Positions 9,605 through 17,254 of a stretch of 64,000 nt of DNA are shown one piece after another. Below the pieces are notes generated by a model that saw nothing but the letters and a program-made list of their open reading frames with translations, was not told where the DNA came from and ran no database searches. The stretch covers positions 3,383 through 67,382 of the forward strand of contig JBAXJI010000003.1 of the NCBI GenBank assembly GCA_037137935.1, read 5' to 3'. Position numbers and translations under genes: made by a program. The stretch's first letter is position 1. Each line of letters opens with the position of its first letter. The DNA is from Candidatus Saccharimonadota bacterium (GTDB taxonomy: Bacteria > Patescibacteriota > Saccharimonadia > Saccharimonadales > AQU-01).

Positions 9605-10894
9605 GTGGAAAAATTGAAGAGTAACCTTAATAGTCGTCTAGAAAAAAAGGCGCTACCAATAGTAATATTGACCATCTTTTTAGATGTGCTCGGTGTTGGT
9701 ATATTGATGCCGGTATTGCCACAATTAATATTTAGAATATTTGAACCAGCTGGCTACAGCTACCACACATCTCTAATAATTTTGGGTTGGCTGACAGCTA
9801 TTTATCCATTGATGCAGTTTTTGTCTACGCCAATTCTTGGCCAGCTAAGCGACAGGTACGGCCGTAAGTCTATACTTGGATTCAGTCTTTTTGGTACAGC
9901 AGTAGGTTACGCCTTGTTTGCCATAGGTATTATCACCAAGAATATCCCGCTGTTATTTTTCGCTCGAGCTATGGACGGTATAACTGGTGGAAACTTGAGT
10001 GTTGCAAGGGCTGTAATTGCCGATGTGAGTCCTCCCGAAAAGCGAACTAAGAACTTTGGTTTGATTGGGGCAGCATTTGGTTTTGGATTTGTTATGGGGC
10101 CATACATTGGAGCCCGATTAGCAGCTCCAAACGTTTCATTCTTTGGTCTAATTAATACGCCACACTGGTTTGGTCCAGCAGTTCCATTTTGGTTTACTGC
10201 AATTCTGAGCGTTGTTAACACGCTATTAGTCCTATTTATTTTGCCAGAAACTCACAAGCACATTAACACTAAGCTCAAAATGGCATGGACTAAGTCCATA
10301 GACAACATTCGACACGCCGCTGCTCACCCATCTCTTAGAATAATCTTTGCATCTGAATTCTTGTTCTGGGGAGGCTTTACCTTCTTTACTACATTCTTCC
10401 AGATTCTGTTGATTCAAAAACTCGGCTTTAAAGTTAATAATGTCGGAGATTTCTTTGCTTATATCGGTGTATGTATTGCGTTAACGCAGGGATTATTGAC
10501 ACCAAGACTCGCCAAGCGCTTTACCAACCAACAGATTCTTAGGGTTAGTATTCCAGGTTTAGGTTTTGCATTATTTCTACAGACATTGCCGCACAATACT
10601 ACTCAGCTGTTGATGGTCGCTCCATTCATTGCCCTGTTTAATGGTCTGACTATGGCTAACATTTCGGCGCTAGTTAGTCTTTCTGCTGACAAAAAAATTC
10701 AGGGTGAAGTTCTTGGAATCGAAGCTAGCGTACAAGCTTTGGCTCAAGCCATTCCGGCAATTATTGCTGGCTACATTGCAGTACTTGGTGTTAGTGTGCC
10801 TGTAATAGTCGGCGGGTCAGTAGTTCTTGCTGGCGGGTTAGTATTTAACTTGTTCTACCGTTCGGCCAAAGCTCCGGTTAGTGACGCTTCGTAA
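9605..10894 (+). CDS. MFS transporter (drug/H+ antiporter-like)
   Basis: 429 aa with about 12 hydrophobic segments. MFS motif A present as GQLSDRYGRKS. GTG start preceded by AGGGA. Confidence 0.85.
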   Translation: MEKLKSNLNSRLEKKALPIVILTIFLDVLGVGILMPVLPQLIFRIFEPAGYSYHTSLIILGWLTAIYPLMQFLSTPILGQLSDRYGRKSILGFSLFGTAVGYALFAIGIITKNIPLLFFARAMDGITGGNLSVARAVIADVSPPEKRTKNFGLIGAAFGFGFVMGPYIGARLAAPNVSFFGLINTPHWFGPAVPFWFTAILSVVNTLLVLFILPETHKHINTKLKMAWTKSIDNIRHAAAHPSLRIIFASEFLFWGGFTFFTTFFQILLIQKLGFKVNNVGDFFAYIGVCIALTQGLLTPRLAKRFTNQQILRVSIPGLGFALFLQTLPHNTTQLLMVAPFIALFNGLTMANISALVSLSADKKIQGEVLGIEASVQALAQAIPAIIAGYIAVLGVSVPVIVGGSVVLAGGLVFNLFYRSAKAPVSDAS

Positions 10895-10900
10895 AAGCTA

Positions 10901-10930
10901 TAGACATAAGCAGTGTTATTCTGGTATAAT
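10901..10930 (+). promoter_or_regulatory. putative ssrA promoter (extended -10)
   Basis: tagaca at 10901-10906, an 18-nt spacer, then TGgTATAAT at 10922-10930. Lies about 30 nt upstream of the mature tmRNA 5' end. Confidence 0.4.
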
Positions 10931-10958
10931 ATACTTACTGTCGTAAGGCGGTATATGT

Positions 10959-11349
10959 GGGGCTGAATTTAAGCTCGACGTCGGTCCTTCTCGGTTAGAT
11001 CAGCAGGTCGCTTGCTTAGCGTTATAGGGCAAAATTGTAATTGCAAACGCTTTTACTCGCGTACGAGATTTTGTAGCTAGTGCTTTTGCACCAAGCGCAA
11101 TGTTCGCCGGCGCAACAGCTTAAGTTACGACTTAATGCCGTGCCACGCAAGACGCCAAATATTGTAATGGTACGCCAAATCATTTGGCCGCTCATTATCG
11201 ATAATCCGTAGATAGTGCTAAGACTTTCGGATTAAACGCTCTGACTTTTTGATTGTTTCTATGTCAGACGTATTCAAACAATCTACACCTGTAGGATAGA
11301 CTAACTGTTAGGCTAACGGACGCGGGGGCGGTACCCGCCAGCTCCTCCA
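10959..11349 (+). ncRNA. ssrA: tmRNA (SsrA), one-piece
   Basis: 5' GGGGCTGAATTTAAGCTCGACG resembles the E. coli 5' end. The 5' GGGGCTG pairs with 3' CAGCTCC, giving the G3:U70 alanine identity pair, followed by T-CCA. A T-arm is present (gcggg/cccgc). The internal tag frame opens with GCAAAC as in E. coli and runs 11043-11120 to TAA at 11121-11123. Confidence 0.85.
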
Positions 11350-11358
11350 TAGTAAGTG

Positions 11359-11382
11359 CCCGACTGCAAAGTCGGGTATTTT
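11359..11382 (+). terminator. rho-independent terminator after ssrA
   Basis: Stem cccgact / agtcggg with loop gcaa, then tattttc. Confidence 0.6.
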
Positions 11383-11420
11383 CTTTGGAGAATTAAACAA
11401 AAAATGACACCTAGAAATAA

Positions 11421-11448
11421 TTGACATAATAAATAATTGTAGTATAAT
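11421..11448 (+). promoter_or_regulatory. near-consensus sigma70-type promoter
   Basis: TTGACA at 11421-11426, a 16-nt spacer, TATAAT at 11443-11448. It sits 3-9 nt before the ATG codons at 11451 and 11457. Confidence 0.45.
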
Positions 11449-11450
11449 AT

Positions 11451-11702
11451 ATGATTATGAGCAATCACCCTAATGGATCTTTTGAGTTCTTTGGAGAAGT
11501 CATAAACCCCGAGTTATATCGTGAGAAAGTCAAAGCACGTGAAGCTGGGATTGCTGAAGATGATGCTAGAGTATTTTCTGGAGACCTAGAGCCTATCGCA
11601 GATATGGATATACTTCATGGAATGATTGATATTGCGCGCTGGTGGTTGGCCAACACGGACTTTGACTCCTTAGAAGAAGTTGAAGAAGACGAAGAAGACT
11701 AA
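11451..11702 (+). CDS. hypothetical small acidic protein
   Basis: 83-aa ORF ending in SLEEVEEDEED. It is the only ORF between the two copies of the ssrA 3' end. I recognise no family. Confidence 0.5.
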   Translation: MIMSNHPNGSFEFFGEVINPELYREKVKAREAGIAEDDARVFSGDLEPIADMDILHGMIDIARWWLANTDFDSLEEVEEDEED

Positions 11703-11745
11703 AACTAAGATTAGAGAACGCCTGGTGGGTAGTCAATAAGAGTTC

Positions 11746-11770
11746 GTACCCGCCAGCTCCTCCATAGTAA
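11746..11770 (+). repeat. exact 25-nt direct repeat of the ssrA 3' end (att-like)
   Basis: gtacccgccagctcctccatagtaa at 11746-11770 is identical to 11331-11355 (T-loop 3' half, acceptor 3' strand, CCA, plus 6 nt). Confidence 0.8.
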
Positions 11771-11773
11771 ACA

Positions 11774-11799
11774 CCTCACTTTAAAAGAGTGGGGTTTTT
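11774..11799 (+). terminator. rho-independent terminator after the duplicated ssrA 3' end
   Basis: Stem cctcact / agtgggg (one G:U pair), loop ttaaaag, then ttttt. Confidence 0.55.
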
Positions 11800-11989
11800 G
11801 CTTTTTATGAGTAGATAAAATCACTACATTTTGATTGATTATGACAGGCGCTGGGGGTGTATTATTTATGAAGTGCTATTGCTATAAAACTAAAACCAAT
11901 TTGCAGGAGGATTTACGAGTAATTTTAATTCTGAAAACCAAATAGGTAATGAAAGAGACGATTCAGTAATAAGTCATAAAGCGGGTTTA

Positions 11990-12295
11990 TTGCGGGATCA
12001 ACTAGAGTCTGAATTAACCAGAGAATATATCGAAATAGATCACGATGGGCGAGCGCGACATTTTGCTCATACCGTGCTGTCAGAACAAATCAACCGCGGC
12101 AAGACTCCAGAAGCAGAAATTAGTAGTATAAAAAGCCTAGCAGGACTAGCGATTGGGCAGGTGGCAGAACATTATAAGCAGCAAGGTTTTATGGTTGGTA
12201 TCCACGCTCGGGAAATGCTTGACTATAGCGATCCTAGCGCAACAAGACGCCCAACAACTGCCGAATATATCCTACGAATTGACCGTTACTTTTAA
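11990..12295 (+). CDS. hypothetical protein
   Basis: 101-aa ORF with a TTG start. The in-frame upstream sequence is open back to 11894 but has no canonical start. I recognise no family. Confidence 0.45.
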   Translation: MRDQLESELTREYIEIDHDGRARHFAHTVLSEQINRGKTPEAEISSIKSLAGLAIGQVAEHYKQQGFMVGIHAREMLDYSDPSATRRPTTAEYILRIDRYF

Positions 12296-12390
12296 ATCCA
12301 AAGACCGACAACTAATTGCAAGAAATAGGCCGTTATAATATGTATAGAGTCTTATGATAAACCTTAAGGTATAATTTATTCATAAAACTT

Positions 12391-14067
12391 ATGACTGCAG
12401 ACAATAACGATCAAGCGCCAAAAAAACCACAGACTTACAAAGAGGTATTAGAATTACAGCCCGACATTCACCCGGATTTAAAAGTACATTTAGATAGACA
12501 AATAAGGAAAGAAACAGCATCACAGGCTGGACAATTAGCGCTAGCTGTTACCAATGGTGTCGTTATAGACAATAACCCTTCGATTGAACCGAAAGGACTA
12601 AGTCATAACACTAGACTAAGAACAATCCTATCTACAGCCTTGACCGTAGACACAATAGATACATATGCCGAAACAGCAATTAGTGATTTAATTAATCTAA
12701 CAGGCAATGTAGTTAATGAATTTGCGGACACATTAAGCCCAGAAGCCGTGTATTCTGACAATAAAAAATTAGAAGACGCAGCCTTTAGCTATTTTGACTT
12801 ACCTAGTATTACAGGAAATCTAGATAATATAGCTAAAATAGATCAAGACATAAAGAACATAGATAGAGTTATAGAAAAAGCAAGCATCAAAGACCAGGTT
12901 ATAGTCCCGCCCGACGCCCCCGTAAGACCTATTGTTCCAGGAAACGGAGAAGGCCTATTAGAAAATAAGCTACGCCCTCGACTAAAAACATTGCTGTTTA
13001 TTCTTGAAAAAGATAATAACATTGATTTAGACGATCTAAAAATAGCTGAAGGTATTACGACTAATGAAATGATGAGAAAAGAGCCGTACTACTCGGTAGA
13101 AGTTCCTAGTCTTAACAGGACAGTACTGGTATGCAACGAAGAAGGTAATGCCACTTTTGTTATAGATACCAAGAAACTAGAAGAGCTAAAAATATCTACA
13201 GAGCAACTATTAGATATGACCAAGGATAAGTTAAATGCATTAATGGCAGAACACGCTGGCTTTGGAAGAAGAATAATACAATCAGATAGCTGGGTAGACA
13301 ATATCGCAGTCAATCTAAACGAAATACAGTTGAGTGCTAATGAACAAGCAAATACTCAGGAAACACCAAGAAGTTACCTTAACGGAACAGAGCGTGACCG
13401 TCAAGGAAATGCCCTGCTGTATTCCGCAGGCGATCTTGGTAATAAAAGCGGCAAAAAAGGAATGTTTGATGTATCCGGTCCGACAATCCAAAAAGCAGCC
13501 AAAGACTTACGAATTGAAGGTCAAGAAGCTAAGTTTGGTACTAGTAAAGGCATTGGCTATGACCCATGGCAGGTGAACGATATTAGAGATGAGCTCTATA
13601 GACAAAATCTTATCGAGAGAAGTCCACCAGACAGGATTTATTCCGCAGGCGATCTTAGTAGTGATAAGGGCAAAAAAGGAATGTTTGATGTAAGCCAAAG
13701 TACAATCCGAAGAATAGTTAAAGACTTAGTAATTGAAGGTCAAGAAGCTTCTTTTGGTAGTAATAAAGGCATTGGCTATGACCCATGGCAGGTGAACGAT
13801 ATTAGAGATGAGCTCTATAGACAAAATCTTATCGAGAGAAGTCCACCAGACAGGATTTATTCCGCAGGCGATCTTAGTAGTGATAACGGCAAAAAAGGAA
13901 TGTTTGATATATCGTATTATACAATCCGAGATATAGCCAAAGACTTAGGAATTGAAGGTCAAGAAGCTATTTTTGGTAGAATAAAAGGCACTGGTTATAA
14001 CCGCGAACAGGTGGACAAGATAAAAGCCGAAGCAATAAGGCGAGGTTTTATTAAAGCAAATGAATAG
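12391..14067 (+). CDS. hypothetical protein with three C-terminal 73-aa HTH-like repeats
   Basis: 558 aa. The N-terminal about 340 aa are unrecognised. The C-terminus holds 3 tandem units: YSAGDL..GKKGMFDVS..TI...KDL.IEGQEA.FG..KGIGYDPWQVNDIRDELYRQNLIERSPPDRI. Confidence 0.7.
   Translation: MTADNNDQAPKKPQTYKEVLELQPDIHPDLKVHLDRQIRKETASQAGQLALAVTNGVVIDNNPSIEPKGLSHNTRLRTILSTALTVDTIDTYAETAISDLINLTGNVVNEFADTLSPEAVYSDNKKLEDAAFSYFDLPSITGNLDNIAKIDQDIKNIDRVIEKASIKDQVIVPPDAPVRPIVPGNGEGLLENKLRPRLKTLLFILEKDNNIDLDDLKIAEGITTNEMMRKEPYYSVEVPSLNRTVLVCNEEGNATFVIDTKKLEELKISTEQLLDMTKDKLNALMAEHAGFGRRIIQSDSWVDNIAVNLNEIQLSANEQANTQETPRSYLNGTERDRQGNALLYSAGDLGNKSGKKGMFDVSGPTIQKAAKDLRIEGQEAKFGTSKGIGYDPWQVNDIRDELYRQNLIERSPPDRIYSAGDLSSDKGKKGMFDVSQSTIRRIVKDLVIEGQEASFGSNKGIGYDPWQVNDIRDELYRQNLIERSPPDRIYSAGDLSSDNGKKGMFDISYYTIRDIAKDLGIEGQEAIFGRIKGTGYNREQVDKIKAEAIRRGFIKANE
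13420..14064 (+). repeat. 219-bp tandem repeat x3 (intragenic)
   Basis: Units start at 13420, 13639 and 13858. About 125 nt are perfectly identical between units 1/2 and 2/3 (13547-13675 vs 13766-13894). Unit 3 diverges at its 3' end. Confidence 0.9.
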
Positions 14068-14237
14068 CTATTAATTCACTGCTTTTTTTACTACTACTTA
14101 TAATAAGTTTATCTCCTCGCTCTTTAATCCTAAAAACTAAATAAGTAGTGCAAGCGATGACGCCATAATAAAACAAAAAGCAGGATTATTGCAGGATCAA
14201 CCCGAATTTAAGTTAAATTATCATATAATTTGATAAG

Positions 14238-14882
14238 ATGGTTGTAATGGATAAGTCTTCACAAAGAGAACATAATATTCGCTCACTAGCTTGGGGTCTG
14301 ACAGTGCTTGTAGCATTTGTGGCGATAATTGGTTGGGGTCAAAGCTTGCAATGGCAACTCAGTAGCTTGTCGTCATATCAAATCTTTCCATTACTCGGTC
14401 TTGTTGCCTTTAGTCTGCTGTGGTCACATTATATGGTCGGAGCTTTGCAGCGCTATTTAAAGCTCGACCACGCGGTTTTCAAAAATTATTACGAACTGAC
14501 TGGTTATGCTGTGCTATTGGCGATTTTGCTTCACCCTGGATTACTGATCTGGCAGCTCTGGCAAGATGGTGTTGGGTTACCGCCAAACAGCTATTTAACA
14601 TACGTTGGCAAAAGCATGCATGCTACGGTGATTTTAGGTACGATAAGCCTTGTGCTGTTTTTAGCTTACGAATTACGACGGATTTTTGGTAACAAAAGCT
14701 GGTGGAAATATATAAGTTCAGCTTCTGACATTGGTATGTTGCTGATTGTGATTCACTCATTACGCCTGGGATCTCAACTACAATATGGCTGGCTACAGAC
14801 AGTATGGTATTTTTATGGAATTAGTCTAATAATGGCACTAATTTATAAATACCTACATCGTCAACCACAAAAATCTCTGTAA
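14238..14882 (+). CDS. polytopic membrane protein, possibly ferric-reductase/MsrQ-like haem-binding family
   Basis: 214 aa with 5-6 hydrophobic helices. Histidines lie inside helices (LLWSHYMVG, LLHPGLL, IVIHSL). The family assignment is tentative. Confidence 0.5.
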   Translation: MVVMDKSSQREHNIRSLAWGLTVLVAFVAIIGWGQSLQWQLSSLSSYQIFPLLGLVAFSLLWSHYMVGALQRYLKLDHAVFKNYYELTGYAVLLAILLHPGLLIWQLWQDGVGLPPNSYLTYVGKSMHATVILGTISLVLFLAYELRRIFGNKSWWKYISSASDIGMLLIVIHSLRLGSQLQYGWLQTVWYFYGISLIMALIYKYLHRQPQKSL

Positions 14883-14956
14883 GTTTCTAGACTTTATTCT
14901 ATATGATATTGGCTTTAAAACTTCTATCAGAACAACAAACAAGGTAAACTAATAAT

Positions 14957-16402
14957 ATGAACTATTTTGTCACCACCTCTATTCCGTATGTTAATGGCGA
15001 GCCACACATTGGTTTTGCAATGGAGCTTGTACTTGCAGACGTTTTGGCGAGAACTGCACGGCAACAAGGCAAGCCAGTGATATTTTCTACTGGAACAGAC
15101 GAGCACGGTAGTAAAGTGGCCGAAAAAGCTGAATCGCTAAAACTCAAACCAAAAGAATTCGCCGATAAGATTAGCCAGCAATTTCGTGACCTACAGAAGC
15201 TACTCGACATTAGTAATGACCGTTTTATACGAACTACTGACGCAGGTCACGAACAGCGCGCACAAATTATTTGGAAAGCCATCGAAAAAGACGTCTACAA
15301 AAGTAAGTATATCGGCTTGTACTGTGTTGGTTGTGAGGCTTACGTTACAGAAGCGGTCGCTAAAGAAAACGCCGGAGTGTGCCCACATCACAAAACCCCT
15401 TACCAAAAATTAGAAGAAGAAAACTACTTTTTTAAACTTTCTAAATATGGTCCAGAAATCCAGAAAGCGATTGACTCTGGAGCTTTTCAAATTCTGCCAG
15501 CAACCAAAAAGCACGAAATTCTACACCTCATTAAAGAAGGGCTAGAAGATATTAGTATTTCACGGCCAAAAGAAAAAATATCTTGGGGAATAGCCGTTCC
15601 TGGTGATCCTAACCAAGTTATGTATGTTTGGTTCGAGGCGCTAATGAACTATATTACAGTTCTTGGTTATCCTGAGCACGAAGATTTTAAGACTTTTTGG
15701 CCAGCAAATGTTCAAGTAATCGGTAAGGATATATTGCGTTTCCACGCGGCAATTTGGCCTGGAATGTTGTTGGCCCTCGGTCTTCCGTTACCTAAGGCCC
15801 TATATGTCCACGGTTTTGTTAATATAAATGGCGAGAAAATCAGTAAAAGTCTAGGTAATGCAGTCCACCCCAAGGAAATAGTCGATAAATACGGCGTAGA
15901 TACCTTTAGATATTACTTCCTGCGACATATTCCTAGCTATGGCGACGGCGTTTTTACATGGGAGCTAATAGATAAAGCCTATAACAACGAGTTGGCTAAT
16001 GAGTTGGGTAATGCCGTTCAAAGAACAGTCGTTATGATTCAGAAGTATCAAAATGGTTTGATAGGTGATATTCCGGCCTTTGAACACGATGTTGCTCAGT
16101 ACAATGAAGCTTTGGATCTATGCAAGTTTGATAGGGCATTGGATGAAGTCTGGGAGAAGGTTCGTGGTCTTAACCAATACATCGACGAAGAAAAGCCATG
16201 GATGCTAGCCAAAAATAAGGAAGAAGATCATTTAAAGGAAGTGCTAGCATACCAAGTTAGTTGTTTGTTGCAAATTGCCGACATGTTGACACCGTTCTTG
16301 CCTTCTACTGCTGAAAAAATTAAAAATATTTTAGGCACTGGCATTGTTCAGGTCACAGAGACTACCTTATTCCCTAGACTTTTAGATGCCACTAAGGCGT
16401 AA
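14957..16402 (+). CDS. metG: methionine--tRNA ligase (short form, no C-terminal tRNA-binding domain)
   Basis: Class I signatures PYVNGEPHIGF and KISKSLGN. Zinc knuckle CVGCEAY...CPHH. Confidence 0.9.
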   Translation: MNYFVTTSIPYVNGEPHIGFAMELVLADVLARTARQQGKPVIFSTGTDEHGSKVAEKAESLKLKPKEFADKISQQFRDLQKLLDISNDRFIRTTDAGHEQRAQIIWKAIEKDVYKSKYIGLYCVGCEAYVTEAVAKENAGVCPHHKTPYQKLEEENYFFKLSKYGPEIQKAIDSGAFQILPATKKHEILHLIKEGLEDISISRPKEKISWGIAVPGDPNQVMYVWFEALMNYITVLGYPEHEDFKTFWPANVQVIGKDILRFHAAIWPGMLLALGLPLPKALYVHGFVNINGEKISKSLGNAVHPKEIVDKYGVDTFRYYFLRHIPSYGDGVFTWELIDKAYNNELANELGNAVQRTVVMIQKYQNGLIGDIPAFEHDVAQYNEALDLCKFDRALDEVWEKVRGLNQYIDEEKPWMLAKNKEEDHLKEVLAYQVSCLLQIADMLTPFLPSTAEKIKNILGTGIVQVTETTLFPRLLDATKA

Positions 16403-16410
16403 TAAATAAC

Positions 16411-17223
16411 ATGAATCAAGACGAATCTGCCGCTCAGTCGATCGCCACGAAGTCTGAGATTTTTGACACGCATTGCCATATTCAGTTCGACGATTATGGG
16501 CTTGATCCAGCTGATGTGATTGATTCGGCGCGGCTGGCTGGTGTAACTAGAATGATGGCAGTCGGTTGTTCGTTGCACGATAGTCAACAGGCAATTGAGA
16601 TGGCCGCAAAATACGATAATGTTTGGGCTAGTATAGGCCTGCATCCTCATGAGGCTAGTCGATATGTAGATGACGAATCAGCCATTCAGTCGTTTCGTGG
16701 TATAGCTAATAGTCCAAAGGTTGTAGCGATAGGCGAAACTGGGCTAGATTACTTCTATAATCATTCATCCAAAGAAGATCAAAAAAAGATGCTAAGACTT
16801 CAGCTAGACATTGCCAGTCAGCACGACTTAGCGTTAATATTTCATATCCGCGAGGCATTTGATGATTTCTGGGAGATTTTTGATACCTACACAGGCTTAA
16901 GAGGTGTGGTTCATAGCTTTACGGCAGGCCCGAAGGAGTTGGCTCAGGTGTTAGAACGTGGACTTTATGTTGGCTTGAACGGAATTATAACTTTTACAAA
17001 AAATATTGAGCAGTTGGAAGCGATTAAATCCATGCCTTTGCAGTCAATATTACTGGAGACAGATGCGCCCTTCTTGACCCCTGTTCCGTTAAGAGGTACA
17101 ATCTGTTCGCCTGAACACGCAAGATTGACGGCAGAATTCTTGGTTAAACTAAGGAATGAATCTATCGAATTGATAGCGTCAGTAACTACGCAGAATGCCC
17201 TAAATTTATTTAGAATAAAATAA
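16411..17223 (+). CDS. TatD family metal-dependent hydrolase
   Basis: Motifs FDTHCHI, IGETGLDY, VHSF, LLETDAPFL. Confidence 0.88.
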   Translation: MNQDESAAQSIATKSEIFDTHCHIQFDDYGLDPADVIDSARLAGVTRMMAVGCSLHDSQQAIEMAAKYDNVWASIGLHPHEASRYVDDESAIQSFRGIANSPKVVAIGETGLDYFYNHSSKEDQKKMLRLQLDIASQHDLALIFHIREAFDDFWEIFDTYTGLRGVVHSFTAGPKELAQVLERGLYVGLNGIITFTKNIEQLEAIKSMPLQSILLETDAPFLTPVPLRGTICSPEHARLTAEFLVKLRNESIELIASVTTQNALNLFRIK

Positions 17224-17254
17224 TTCAGACTACAACTATAAGCAGTAAAATATT

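Noticed and set aside
12153-13698. Small ORFs overlapping the tmRNA-adjacent module: 12153-12338(+), 13089-13313(-), 13334-13576(+), 13507-13698(-).
   Set aside because: They are out-of-frame overlaps of the 101-aa and 558-aa ORFs. Those inside the 219-bp repeats arise simply because the repeated sequence is read in other frames.
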